This document shows positions 1 through 9,020 of a DNA stretch of 64,000 nucleotides, piece by piece. The stretch lies in assembly GCA_040386535.1 (NCBI GenBank), contig JAZKFH010000017.1, positions 73,113 to 137,112 on the forward strand, read 5' to 3'. The position numbers and the translations under genes are program-made. Each line of letters starts with the position of its first letter. The stretch's first letter is position 1. The notes beneath the pieces are model-generated. The model made no database searches. It was given only the letters and a program-made list of their open reading frames with translations, and was not told the origin of the DNA. This stretch comes from Myxococcota bacterium (GTDB taxonomy: Bacteria > Myxococcota_A > UBA796 > SXON01).

Positions 1-554
1 AAAAGGTCGGGATGGAGACGTTCGACGAATTCCGCCCACTGAGGCCACTCCAAGAGACGGAGTCCGAGCGGCTGATAGATATGATAGAGGCTCACCCGAG
101 AAGGGTGGCGCGGGGTTCCGACGCTGTTGTAGACAAAGAACAGGATGTCGAAGGCAGAAAGGTCGGCGTTGGCCAGATGCTTCCGAAGTGAACGCTCGCG
201 TACCGCACGCGCCTCATCGTGATGTCCAGCGGCGTGCAGAACGGGCGCCAGGCAATGATCATTCCAATGCGCGCTCTCGCTCAGATCAATGCCCAACCGT
301 GCCATCTCCTTTCTCCGGCGACGGACGAGGGCAAGGGCGCGCCGATGCTGCCCGGTCTGGAAAAGCGCCTCGAGCTCACGGTGGAAACAAGTCTCCAGCA
401 GGGATTCCTGTCCACCTGCTCGCCGGGCGAGCACTCTCACCCGACGGCTGAACGAGACGGCCACGCCAGGGTCCTTGCACTGCCGAACCGCGAGAGCATA
501 GAGGAGGAACGCCCGTTCAGGCTCCTCCACGCGGAACAGATCGGGGACGTACAT
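1..554 (-). CDS. hypothetical protein, runs off the left window edge
   Basis: Manual translation from ATG at 554 gives MYVPDLFRVEEPERAFLLYALAVRQC... with no stop before base 1. It is absent from the ORF track because it has no stop. GC looks lower than in the neighbouring genes. Confidence 0.55.
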   Translation of the reverse strand, partial: MYVPDLFRVEEPERAFLLYALAVRQCKDPGVAVSFSRRVRVLARRAGGQESLLETCFHRELEALFQTGQHRRALALVRRRRKEMARLGIDLSESAHWNDHCLAPVLHAAGHHDEARAVRERSLRKHLANADLSAFDILFFVYNSVGTPRHPSRVSLYHIYQPLGLRLLEWPQWAEFVERLHPDL

Positions 555-690
555 GACATGACTCTCGATCGCGGACCGTACTACAGGCCCACCTCTGCTG
601 TCGACGTGGAGCGCCGCAACCGACTTCCCGATGCCTCCGCCGTTGACGCCCCCGCGCCCGAACGCGCCCCGCTCCTCCACGTCCGCCCCA

Positions 691-740
691 ACCCGACAAA
701 GATCGCCTCACTCCCGGTCGTGAGGCCCGTTCTGTCGGGT
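691..740. repeat. palindromic hairpin element, family A copy 1
   Basis: ACCCGACA...TGTCGGGT terminal inverted repeat; shares GCCCGTTCTGTCGGGT with 837-888. Confidence 0.7.
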
Positions 741-836
741 CTCGCCGCCCAAGTGACCACCAATCCGCCTCACGCGAACGGAACAACGCCGGCTTTTTCG
801 CGGGGGCCCCGACCAACGCTGCCGAACGCACCCAAA

Positions 837-888
837 GACCCGACAAAACGGGCCCCAGTGCCGGCACTGACGCCCGTTCTGTCGGGTC
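837..888. repeat. palindromic hairpin element, family A copy 2
   Basis: GACCCGACAAAACGGGC-CC-CAGTGCCGGCACTG-AC-GCCCGTTCTGTCGGGTC, a near-perfect stem-loop. Confidence 0.75.
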
Positions 889-931
889 GCGGCAAATCGA
901 GCAGCGCCCGCAAGCACCCCCACGCCACCCA

Positions 932-980
932 GGCCGCGGTCGGCGCCTCGCCGGGCACCGCGGCCGCGTCGGTCGCCCAA
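932..980. repeat. 49-bp REP-like stem-loop, family B copy 1
   Basis: GGCCGCGGTCGGCGCCTCGCCGGGCACCGCGGCCGCGTCGGTCGCCCAA; matches 16951-17000 except for one extra C there. Confidence 0.8.
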
Positions 981-990
981 CCAATCACTT

Positions 991-1302
991 CTATATCGGC
1001 ATGTTCCAGATCGCCTGCCACCCCTCCACCGCCTTGTCCCGCACGCTCCCCATCATGCGCAGCGAGATGTTGGCCTCCTCGAGCGCGATCATGGTGCCGT
1101 GGATGTCGACGGATTGGCCCGTCGTGACGCCGCGGAGCTTCTCGTCGGCGCCGAGCTGGGCGCCCTCGACCGAGCGGACCGCGTCGGAGAGCGCTTCGGC
1201 GAACCCGCCGGCGCCGCCCTTGCGGGTGCCTTCGACAGCGCCGATGCCACCAACGCCACCAACGCCAGCAATCCCGAACCCTCCGCCAACACCATGCACC
1301 AC
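991..1302 (-). CDS. fliE: flagellar hook-basal body complex protein FliE
   Basis: GFAEALSDAV...DIHGTMIALEEANISLRMMGSVRDKAVEGWQAIWNMPI; follows flgC. Confidence 0.93.
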   Translation of the reverse strand: MVHGVGGGFGIAGVGGVGGIGAVEGTRKGGAGGFAEALSDAVRSVEGAQLGADEKLRGVTTGQSVDIHGTMIALEEANISLRMMGSVRDKAVEGWQAIWNMPI

Positions 1303-1304
1303 GG

Positions 1305-1730
1305 CTACCTCCCGATCTCGAGCGCCTTGCGCGCCATGTCGCGCGTGGCCTCGACGACAGAGGTGTTGGACTCGTACGTGCGGTTGGTGGTCATGAGATC
1401 GACCATCTCCTGGAGCACGTTGATGTCGGGATAGGAGACGTACCCTTCCGGATCCGCGTCCGGATGGCCGGGGTCGTAGGTGCGGATGGGCGGGCGGCCG
1501 TCGGGGCGCAGGTCGGTGACGATGACCTCGGAGGCGGCGCGGTCGAGGGCGCTGCCGAAGGGGTCGATCTCGCGCGACTCGAACACGGGGACCTGGCGTT
1601 GGTAGGGGCCGCCGGCCTCGGTGCGGGTGGTGCGGGCGTTCGCCATGTTCGACGCGATGGTCTGGAGGCGCAGGCGCTCGGCGGAGAGGCCGGAGGCGGC
1701 GACCTGGAAGGTGTCGAGCAGATCGGCCAT
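1305..1730 (-). CDS. flgC: flagellar basal-body rod protein FlgC
   Basis: ASGLSAERLRLQTIASNMANA, YDPGHPDADPEGYVSYPDIN, RTYESN. Confidence 0.97.
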   Translation of the reverse strand: MADLLDTFQVAASGLSAERLRLQTIASNMANARTTRTEAGGPYQRQVPVFESREIDPFGSALDRAASEVIVTDLRPDGRPPIRTYDPGHPDADPEGYVSYPDINVLQEMVDLMTTNRTYESNTSVVEATRDMARKALEIGR

Positions 1731-2113
1731 CAGGCCCTCCCGTCGCTGGCGGCGAATCGCAACATGGCGAGGCGGCGGTTGAGGCCGGTCGTCACGGTGT
1801 CGAACATGAGCGAGTTGGAGGTCATGCGTACGGCCTCGTGCTCGGGTGACACGGAATTGCCGTCGAGGGTGCCCGGGGGCGCTTCGAGGAAACGGACCTC
1901 GGCGCCGTTGCCGATGGTGGGGCCCGCCTCGCCGCGCTCGGCCGCGCGGACCACGTCGGAGAGCAATTCGTCGAAGGGGATCTCCTGGGCGAGGTAGCCG
2001 GGGGTGTCCGCGTTCGCGAGGTTGCCGGCGGTGAGCAGGTGTTGGGCGGAGCGGAGATCGAGCACCCGCTCCATCCCCATCGTGAGGCCGTCGACGAGGC
2101 GGAAGCCGTCCAT
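1730..2113 (-). CDS. flgB: flagellar basal-body rod protein FlgB
   Basis: AGNLANADTPGY, DGNSV; ATG (MDGF) at 2113. Confidence 0.95.
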   Translation of the reverse strand: MDGFRLVDGLTMGMERVLDLRSAQHLLTAGNLANADTPGYLAQEIPFDELLSDVVRAAERGEAGPTIGNGAEVRFLEAPPGTLDGNSVSPEHEAVRMTSNSLMFDTVTTGLNRRLAMLRFAASDGRA

Positions 2114-2114
2114 G

Positions 2115-4322
2115 TCAGGTTCCTTCGGTGGGAGGGGCGGGCGAGAGGCGGGCACGGAGGAGCGCGTCGGCCACGTCGTCCGCGGCGATGCGGCGCCAGG
2201 TGCCGTCGGGAGGAGTGCCGGCGAGGACCTCGGCCCACGCCGTCGTAGAGGGATCGGTCAGCTTGCCCACGGCTTGAGCGGCAATCGTGCGCGACTCGTC
2301 GATTCTTCCGACCGTCGCGAGACACGCGGCGCGCGCGGTGGCGACACGACCCGCGGAAAGGTCGGCGGGGAGCGGATCGAGGGCGAGCGCGTCGACCACG
2401 GGGGCGGCCCCGTCCACACCAACATACGCCGCGCAACGCCCAGCCTCGGCGTCCACCAGCGCGATGCGCACCCGCGCCTCGCCCGCCGCCGGCCCCTCCA
2501 CGTCACCAGCCACCAAGGTCCAGGCGGCGCGCGCCCCGTCGACGTCGCCCTGATCGAGCAGGACGCGCCCGCGCAGGATCCCGGCGCGGGCCACAGTGGC
2601 GGGCTCCGGGGGGCGGGTCGCGAGGAAATCGAGGGTGTCGAGGGCCTCGGTGGGGCGGCCGGTCCGGCGGTAGATCTCGGCGACGGCGAGGATGGTGGCG
2701 CGATCGTCGAGGCCCCGGCGGCCCTCGACCTCGGCCACGACGCCGAGGGTGTGGAGCGCCTCTTCGTCGAGTCCCGCGCGCATGTAGGCCGCGGCGACGG
2801 CCGCGAGGGGCGCCGGATCGGTCACGTGCGCGGTGAGGCCCGGGCGCCACGCCACGATGTGCGCGGCGAGCCCGTCGATGTCGTGGCCCGCGGCGAGCTG
2901 GCCGCCGACCGTGCGCGCCCACACGGCTTGGAGACGCACGCCGGGCTCGCCCGCGAGGAGCGCGCGCCGCCGATCGACGAGGGCGCCCCAGGCGCGCAGG
3001 GCCAGGGCGTCGTCGCCGAGGCGCTCGCCGATCTGGCCGAGGAGGAACAGGGCCTCGGTGCCCTCGACCTCGGCGGCGCCGCTGCCATCGCTCCCGCTCC
3101 GGGCACCCAGGACGGCCGCGCGCTCGAGCGTGGGCACCATGGCGGGCCAGAGGTTGGGCGACTGCCGCAAGAGCGCCACGAGCCGGGTGCGGGAGCGCGC
3201 GAGGCCGCTCCAGCGGGTGGGCGTCGTGGCAGCGGGGAGATCGCCCAGGACGATGTCGGCGCCCTCGGGATCGCCGGCGAGCAGGCGCGCGTCGGCGAGG
3301 AGGAGGCGGGCCATGGCGCCGCGTTCGCCGTCGGCAGCGAGGGCGCGTTCGAGCACGGGGGCGGCCTCGGTCCAGCAGCCGGCGCGGAGCAGCAGGGCGC
3401 CCGCGAGGAGGGCGGGCTCGGGGGCCGAATTGGGAGAGAGCGTGGTGGCGGCGAGCGCGCGGCCGATGGCGGCGGGGGCGGGATCGCCGGTGAGCAGGGA
3501 GACCGTCGCGAGCACGGACGACACGGGCGCGTCGGGGGCGCCGGCCTTGCGGGCCACGTCGGCGGCGTCGCGGGCGTCGGCCCACGCGTGCAGCGCGAGC
3601 AGGGCGCCAGCGCGCTGGAGCTCGGCGACACCCGCGGGGGCCCCGGCTTGGGAGTCACTGCCGCCTTGGGAGCCACCGGCTCCAGCGGTCGCGGCGGACT
3701 CGAAGTAATACGCGGCCTCGCGCAGATGGCCGAGGTCGCGGTGCTGGGCGCCGAGCTCGTAGAGGGCGCGCGCGCGGTCGGTCGCGATGGCGCCACCCTC
3801 CGGAAGACCGGCACCGAACAGTTGGGACCGGAGCGTCGTGACACGCTCCCACGACGCACCAACGGGCTCCGCCGCCTCCCACCGCGGCATCGCGAGCACG
3901 AAGGTGTCCGGCGCGAACTCGTGCACCATGTCGGCGCCGCGCAGGGGCACGAGCGGAACGCCGGGCGTGCCGACACACTCCGCGTTGGTGGACGGCGCGG
4001 GCCCGACGGGCACCGCCACGGCCTCCCACCCCTCCCCCACCCGCTCGATCGCGAGCGTGTCGTTCGGATCGCGCATCCACACGGTGACGACCTGGTGGCC
4101 GCCCATGTCGGTGACACGTCCGGTGCGGACGCCGTCGGCGGGCGGGCCGCGGAAGAGCGTCTGCAGGCCCCGATCGCCGCCGTGGACGAGGATCTCGACG
4201 CGGCCGGGCTCGACGGGCGGGAGCACCTCGACCGTGGCGCCCGGGGGCGCGGCGATGCGGAGGGGCGCGGCGTGGGCATCAATGCCAAAAAAAATGCTGA
4301 CGAATGCCAGTGCCAGGATCAC
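2115..4322 (-). CDS. exported TPR-like helical-repeat protein inside the flagellar operon
   Basis: The GTG start overlaps the upstream stop (GTGA). Signal peptide VILALAFVSIFFGIDAHA; TPR-like segments ALYELG..LGHLREAAYYFE and EALFLLGQIGERLGDDALALRAW. Confidence 0.75.
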   Translation of the reverse strand: MILALAFVSIFFGIDAHAAPLRIAAPPGATVEVLPPVEPGRVEILVHGGDRGLQTLFRGPPADGVRTGRVTDMGGHQVVTVWMRDPNDTLAIERVGEGWEAVAVPVGPAPSTNAECVGTPGVPLVPLRGADMVHEFAPDTFVLAMPRWEAAEPVGASWERVTTLRSQLFGAGLPEGGAIATDRARALYELGAQHRDLGHLREAAYYFESAATAGAGGSQGGSDSQAGAPAGVAELQRAGALLALHAWADARDAADVARKAGAPDAPVSSVLATVSLLTGDPAPAAIGRALAATTLSPNSAPEPALLAGALLLRAGCWTEAAPVLERALAADGERGAMARLLLADARLLAGDPEGADIVLGDLPAATTPTRWSGLARSRTRLVALLRQSPNLWPAMVPTLERAAVLGARSGSDGSGAAEVEGTEALFLLGQIGERLGDDALALRAWGALVDRRRALLAGEPGVRLQAVWARTVGGQLAAGHDIDGLAAHIVAWRPGLTAHVTDPAPLAAVAAAYMRAGLDEEALHTLGVVAEVEGRRGLDDRATILAVAEIYRRTGRPTEALDTLDFLATRPPEPATVARAGILRGRVLLDQGDVDGARAAWTLVAGDVEGPAAGEARVRIALVDAEAGRCAAYVGVDGAAPVVDALALDPLPADLSAGRVATARAACLATVGRIDESRTIAAQAVGKLTDPSTTAWAEVLAGTPPDGTWRRIAADDVADALLRARLSPAPPTEGT

Positions 4323-4894
4323 GGGATCACCATCGAGAGGCCGAGGGAGACGCGGAGAGCCCCGAGATCGAGGCCACACGGCGCGCCGCCACAGTTGTCG
4401 TGCGGAGGGCGCACGGTGAGCCGGCCGCCGACGCCGCCGACAACGGCGACCTGGAGCCGATTTGGGTCCGGGCCGCGCAAGGAGGGCGCGGAGAGCGCGC
4501 TGACATCCAACCGCGCCTCGACCTGGCCCACCACGCCCACCTTGGTCCCGCTGTACCCGACGGCGCCGGACGTACCCGCCTGCTCGGCCCACGGCACCAC
4601 GGTAGGGCCGAAACCGACGGCGAGATCGAGCGCGCCGGCGTCGAGACGGGGCCCGACCACGGCGGACACGGGGGCGTACCAGAACCAGGTCGTCTCTTCC
4701 TTGGATGCCAACGTGGCATCCACGAGCTTGCCACCCAAGCGGCGGTAGCCAACGGCCACCTGGGCTTCGAGGTGGTAGGGCAACGTCACGCGCGCGGTGA
4801 CCTCGCCCGAGAGCGACGTGGTGCCGTAGACGCGGCCGATCTGCTCGTCGTTGAGGGCCTCACCCACCAGGGAGAGGGCGAGGGCGGCGATCAC
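4319..4894 (-). CDS. hypothetical exported beta-strand-rich protein, possibly an outer-membrane barrel
   Basis: The GTG start overlaps the stop of the fliT-like gene. Short hydrophobic N-terminus, then amphipathic strands (LEAQVAVGYRR, LDLAVGFGP, LRVSLGLSMVIP). Confidence 0.6.
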   Translation of the reverse strand: MIAALALSLVGEALNDEQIGRVYGTTSLSGEVTARVTLPYHLEAQVAVGYRRLGGKLVDATLASKEETTWFWYAPVSAVVGPRLDAGALDLAVGFGPTVVPWAEQAGTSGAVGYSGTKVGVVGQVEARLDVSALSAPSLRGPDPNRLQVAVVGGVGGRLTVRPPHDNCGGAPCGLDLGALRVSLGLSMVIP

Positions 4895-5196
4895 GACGGG
4901 GCCGACGCGGAGCGCGCCCCCTGGTTGGCGCCGTACCCACGCACGGCGCGGCGGCCCACCGCGGTGGTGGCGATCCGCTCGTCGAGGCGGACACAACTCT
5001 GGGCAAGCGCGGTGGACACGCGCGCGACGGACGCGGCGAGGCGACGGCGCGCTTCCAAGTCGGCGCCCACGGCGGCGTCGGCCGCGGCGGAGGCGAGCGC
5101 TTCGAGCTCGGTGATCTCGGGGCACTCGCTCCGATCGAGGCGGAAGGCGAGCCCGTCCAGGCGGGCCAGGAGGGACTCGACGGGGTCGCGGCTCAT
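4891..5196 (-). CDS. FliT-like small helical flagellar chaperone
   Basis: 101 aa, directly after fliS, with a C-terminal GRRAVRGY motif. The assignment rests mostly on position. Confidence 0.55.
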   Translation of the reverse strand: MSRDPVESLLARLDGLAFRLDRSECPEITELEALASAAADAAVGADLEARRRLAASVARVSTALAQSCVRLDERIATTAVGRRAVRGYGANQGARSASAPS

Positions 5197-5612
5197 CCGG
5201 TCTCCTGCATGTCTTCCAATTCGGCGTCCATCGGATCCGTGTCACCGCGGTGGATGCGGAGCGCGTTGGTCCACATCGTCCGCACGGTGTCGGTCACCTT
5301 GCGCACTTCTCCCAGACGAGCGCGATCGCCGGTGCGGCCCGCCTCGGTGAGGTGGTGCATGATCCAACGGTAGGTGTCGGAGAGCGCCTTGGCGACCTCG
5401 GGCTGGGTGGTGGGATCGAGCGCTACGAGCAGCTCGACGAACACGCTGCGGGCGCCGTGGATCTCCATCAGCCAGCCGGTGCGGTCCTTGCGCACCATGG
5501 CGGCGTCGGCGGCGTCCTCTCGTCGTAACGCGGCCTCGACGAGCATGACGATGAGCTCCTCGTTGGGGGCGCTCTCGATGTTGGTTTTCCGGTAGGAGTC
5601 GATGGCCCGCAT
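5193..5612 (-). CDS. fliS: flagellin chaperone FliS
   Basis: MRAIDSYRKTNIESAPNEELIVMLVE...ELLVALD...LSDTYRWIMHHL; follows fliD. Confidence 0.9.
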   Translation of the reverse strand: MRAIDSYRKTNIESAPNEELIVMLVEAALRREDAADAAMVRKDRTGWLMEIHGARSVFVELLVALDPTTQPEVAKALSDTYRWIMHHLTEAGRTGDRARLGEVRKVTDTVRTMWTNALRIHRGDTDPMDAELEDMQETG

Positions 5613-5613
5613 G

Positions 5614-6960
5614 TCAATCCTCGCTGGAGGACGAAGGGAGGAGCGCGGAGATGGCGGAGCCCGCGGTCTGGAAACGTGACATCGCAAGCTCCATCGCGGT
5701 GAACTGTTTCTGGAGGCGCGCGCGGTAGGCGTCGAGGTGGTCCTGGAAGTCGTCGATCCGCTTGGTGAGCGTCTCGAGCTGGGTGTCCAGGGAGTCGCCG
5801 CGCGCGGTGAGCGTGCCGGTGTCCTCGTCGGTGAACCGATCGATCGTGCCGGCGATGCTGGCAAAGGCGCCGGTCTCGCCCGTGGCGAGGGCGACCACAC
5901 CTTCGAAATCGGTGGAGAGGGCCTCGCGGAGCTTGTCCTCGTCGAGCTCGAGGTCGCCGTTCTGGGCCGTGGTGAGGCCGAGGGCGCCGAGCGCGTTCTT
6001 GGCGCCGCTGCCGTAGGAGGCGGACAGCGCGGTCTGGAGCCGCTGCATGACCGCGCGGGGCTCGCTCTCGCCGACGAAGGCGCCGTGGATGTTCTCGTCG
6101 GGGTTCCAGGTCCGCTGCGCGCGGATCTGGCTCATGACGGCGTTCCAGCTGCTCACGACGGTCTGCACGCGCTGGACCATGGTGTCGGGGTCACGCGCCA
6201 CGTTCACGTCGACCGCGGCGGTCGTGGTGGCGTAGAGGTTGAGGTGGAGGCCCTGGATCGCGCCGTCGATCTCGTTGTCCGCATCGGTGACGGTCGTGCC
6301 GTTGATGACGACCTCGGCGTCCACCGCCGGGGTGACCGTCGTGAACGAGGGCACTTGCCCGGTGCCGCCGTCGAGCCCCGAGGTGTCGATGACTACGGCG
6401 TTGTCGGCGCCCGTGGCGTTGCCGCCGATGACGAGGCGGTAGGGGGCGGTCGCGTCCCCGGTGTCCATGATGTAGGCGGTGGCGCCGCCGGCCTGCTCGT
6501 TGATGGCGGCCACGAGATCGTCGAGCGTGTCACCCGCGCCGACGGTGATGTCGGTCTGCGTGCCGTCGATGGTGAGCGAGAGCGTGCCGGTCGCGACGAT
6601 CCCGGCGGTGTCACGCGACGTGAAGCCGGCGGACACGTCCATGGAGGCGCGCGCCAGGCGGTTGACCTGGACTTCGAAGCGGCCGACGACCGCGTCGCCG
6701 TCTGCCGTGACGCCCACGGCGTCGTCGTTGTTGGAGCGCGCGGTGACCGAGCGCAGCTCGTTTGGTTCGTCGATGGCGGTGAGGGCCTCCTGGAGGGAGG
6801 TCAGGCGCGCCGACAAGGTCGCGTAGGCTTCCTTGCGCGTATCGAGCGTGTCCTTCTGGTTCTCCATGATGATCTTGGTGCGCCCGGACGCGGCGACCAG
6901 GCCATCCACGAGCGCGCCCGTGTCGATGCCGGAGACGAGTCCACCTACTGACGTTGCCAT
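5614..6960 (-). CDS. fliD: flagellar filament cap FliD
   Basis: SVGGLVSGIDTGALVDGLV, GRFEVQVNRLA, RLQKQFTAMELAMS. Confidence 0.95.
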   Translation of the reverse strand: MATSVGGLVSGIDTGALVDGLVAASGRTKIIMENQKDTLDTRKEAYATLSARLTSLQEALTAIDEPNELRSVTARSNNDDAVGVTADGDAVVGRFEVQVNRLARASMDVSAGFTSRDTAGIVATGTLSLTIDGTQTDITVGAGDTLDDLVAAINEQAGGATAYIMDTGDATAPYRLVIGGNATGADNAVVIDTSGLDGGTGQVPSFTTVTPAVDAEVVINGTTVTDADNEIDGAIQGLHLNLYATTTAAVDVNVARDPDTMVQRVQTVVSSWNAVMSQIRAQRTWNPDENIHGAFVGESEPRAVMQRLQTALSASYGSGAKNALGALGLTTAQNGDLELDEDKLREALSTDFEGVVALATGETGAFASIAGTIDRFTDEDTGTLTARGDSLDTQLETLTKRIDDFQDHLDAYRARLQKQFTAMELAMSRFQTAGSAISALLPSSSSED

Positions 6961-7000
6961 GGTGTCCTCTCGTTCGGAAGGTCAGCGAGTGCCACGAAAA

Positions 7001-7834
7001 TCAGCCCTGGAGGAGGGAGAGGGCGGACTGGTTGATGCCCTTGGCCTGCGTCAGGACGGACACGCCGGCCTGCTGGAGGACCTGGTGCTGCGCGAGCGCC
7101 GCGGTCTCCTTGCCGAAGTCGGCGTCGCGGATGCGGCTCTCGGCCTCGAGCGTGGTCTGCTCGAAGGTCTCGAGGTTGTTCAGCGCGTTGCCGAGGCGGT
7201 TCTCCGCCGCGCCGTAGCCGGAGCGGTAGGAGCTGACCGTGCGGATCGCCGCGTCGATGTCGGTCAACGCGGCGGAGGCGCCGGCGGCCGTCGACATGTC
7301 GATCGTGCCGGTGTCGACCCCGAGGGTCGAGGACGACAGGTCACCCAGGGTGATGGAGATCTGGTCGTTCACCGTGTTGTGGATGCCGACCTGCACGCCG
7401 ATCGTCGTGACCGATCCGTTCGTGAGCGACTGGCCGTTGAACTCGGTGACGGCGGCGATGCGCCCCACTTCGCCCGCGAGCGCGGTGTACTCCTGCTGGA
7501 CGTAGGCGCGCTCGTCGTTGTCGAGGGTCTCGGAGGCGCCCTGGACCGCGAGCTCGCGCATGCGGACGAGGATGTTGCCGACCTCGGCGGAGGCGCCTTC
7601 CGCGATGGCGATGATGCTCACGCCGTCGTTGGTGTTGCGCTGGGCAACCGCCGCGGAGGTGTGGGCGGCGCGCAGGTTCTCGGCGACACCGACGCCGGCC
7701 GCGTCGTCCGCGGCGCGGGCGATGCGTTGACCGGACGAGATGCGCTCGAAGGAGCGCGAGAGCGCACGGGTGGTGCGATTGAGATCCTTCAGGGCGCCGA
7801 GGCTCGCCGTGTTGGTCCGTACGTTGATGGCCAT
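7001..7834 (-). CDS. fliC: flagellin (277 aa, minimal D0/D1 type)
   Basis: MAINVRTN, RISSGQRIARAADDAAG, AESRIRDADFGKE, ALSLLQG. Confidence 0.97.
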   Translation of the reverse strand: MAINVRTNTASLGALKDLNRTTRALSRSFERISSGQRIARAADDAAGVGVAENLRAAHTSAAVAQRNTNDGVSIIAIAEGASAEVGNILVRMRELAVQGASETLDNDERAYVQQEYTALAGEVGRIAAVTEFNGQSLTNGSVTTIGVQVGIHNTVNDQISITLGDLSSSTLGVDTGTIDMSTAAGASAALTDIDAAIRTVSSYRSGYGAAENRLGNALNNLETFEQTTLEAESRIRDADFGKETAALAQHQVLQQAGVSVLTQAKGINQSALSLLQG

Positions 7835-7890
7835 GTTCTTACTTCCCGTTCGAGGGTTTGTGGACACGGGCCATGCCCCGTGCAGGAGAT

Positions 7891-7917
7891 GTTTCGGTCG
7901 CCGGGGGCGGGAGTTGA
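7891..7917 (-). promoter_or_regulatory. sigma28 (FliA)-type promoter of the downstream flagellin
   Basis: TCAA-N15-ACCGAAAC on the minus strand, against the consensus TAAA-N15-GCCGATAA. Confidence 0.7.
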
Positions 7918-7940
7918 GGAAAAAGGATCGGCCAACGGAA

Positions 7941-7980
7941 GGAAAACGAAGAAACGCCCGGCCGAGGCCGAGCGTTTCTT
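7941..7980 (-). terminator. intrinsic terminator after the upstream flagellin
   Basis: Minus strand reads AAGAAACGCTCGGCC-TC-GGCCGGGCGTTTCTT followed by CGTTTTCC, 35 bp after the stop at 8016. Confidence 0.7.
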
Positions 7981-8015
7981 GGAGCTACTTCTGGATCCGC
8001 GGTCGATCCAGGAGG

Positions 8016-8846
8016 CTAGTTGAGGAGCCCCAGCGCCGCCTGGCCGATGCTCTTGGCCTGCGAGAGCACCGAGGTGCCCGCCTGCTGGAGCACCTGGTTC
8101 TGCGACAGGTTCGCCGTCTCCTTGCCGAAGTCGACGTCCCGGACGCGGCTCTCCGCCTCGAGCGTGGTCTGCTCGAACGTCTCGAGGTTGTTGAGCGCGT
8201 TGCCGAGGCGGTTCTCCACGGAGCCGTAGTCGGCGCGGTAGCTGTTGACCGTGTCGATCGCCGCGTCGATGTCGGTGAGCGCGTCGGACGCGCCGGACGC
8301 GGTGGACATGTCGATCGTGGAGGTGTCGACGCCGAGCGTGGAGCTCGAGAGATCGCCGAGGCTGACGGTGATCGTGTCGTTGGACGTGTTGTGGATGCCG
8401 ACCTGCACGCCGATGCCGGTGAGCGACCCGTCGGTGAGCGCCTGACCGTTGAACTCGGTGACGCCGGCGATGCGGTCCACTTCGCCGGAGAGCGCGGTGA
8501 ACTCGGACTGCACGTAGGCGCGCTCGTCGTCGTTGAGGGTCTCGGAGGCGCCCTGGACCGCGAGCTCGCGCATGCGGACGAGGATGTTGCCGACCTCGGA
8601 GGAGGCGCCTTCCGCCACGGCGATGATGCTCATGCCGTCGTTGGTGTTGCGCTGGGCGACGGACGCCGAGGTGTGCGCCGCGCGGAGGTTCTCGGCCACG
8701 CCGACACCGGCCGCGTCGTCCGCGGCGCGCGAGATGCGCAAGCCGGAGGAGATCCGCTCGAAGGAGCGCGAGAGGGCGCGGGTGGTCTTGTTCAGATCGC
8801 CGAGCGCGTTGGAAGCGGTGGTGTTGGTCTTGAGGGTGATCGCCAT
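8016..8846 (-). CDS. fliC: flagellin (second copy, about 276 aa)
   Basis: MAITLKTN, RISSGLRISRAADDAAG, AESRVRDVDFGKE; alternative start at 8852. Confidence 0.97.
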   Translation of the reverse strand: MAITLKTNTTASNALGDLNKTTRALSRSFERISSGLRISRAADDAAGVGVAENLRAAHTSASVAQRNTNDGMSIIAVAEGASSEVGNILVRMRELAVQGASETLNDDERAYVQSEFTALSGEVDRIAGVTEFNGQALTDGSLTGIGVQVGIHNTSNDTITVSLGDLSSSTLGVDTSTIDMSTASGASDALTDIDAAIDTVNSYRADYGSVENRLGNALNNLETFEQTTLEAESRVRDVDFGKETANLSQNQVLQQAGTSVLSQAKSIGQAALGLLN

Positions 8847-8929
8847 GGACATTCCCAGGTGGATGCCCCCTTGCTCACGATCCAGCAGGCGGGCGGTTCG
8901 ACAGATACGGGCCGAAGGGCCCGTGGACT

Positions 8930-8956
8930 TCATCGGCTGGGTGGGCGGAGTCTCCA
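8930..8956 (-). promoter_or_regulatory. probable sigma28 promoter of the upstream flagellin
   Basis: Strong -10 (GCCGATGA) with a degenerate -35 (TGGA) at 15-bp spacing. Confidence 0.55.
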
Positions 8957-9020
8957 CTCCTTTGTGTGGGGAATTCTGTGTGGAGAATTCTCACCCTTCC
9001 CTGCGACCGCCAGCCCGTGC

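Noticed and set aside
219..1127. 302-aa plus-strand ORF
   Set aside because: It overlaps the hairpin repeats and fliE antisense; the minus-strand frame at 1-554 is more protein-like.
2004..4748. 914-aa plus-strand ORF
   Set aside because: Antisense shadow of the TPR-like gene; high-GC codon bias keeps the opposite frame open.
6970..6995. Sigma54 promoter upstream of fliD (TGGCAC on the minus strand)
   Set aside because: No TTGC at the -12 position; the gap is short and fliD probably reads through from fliC.
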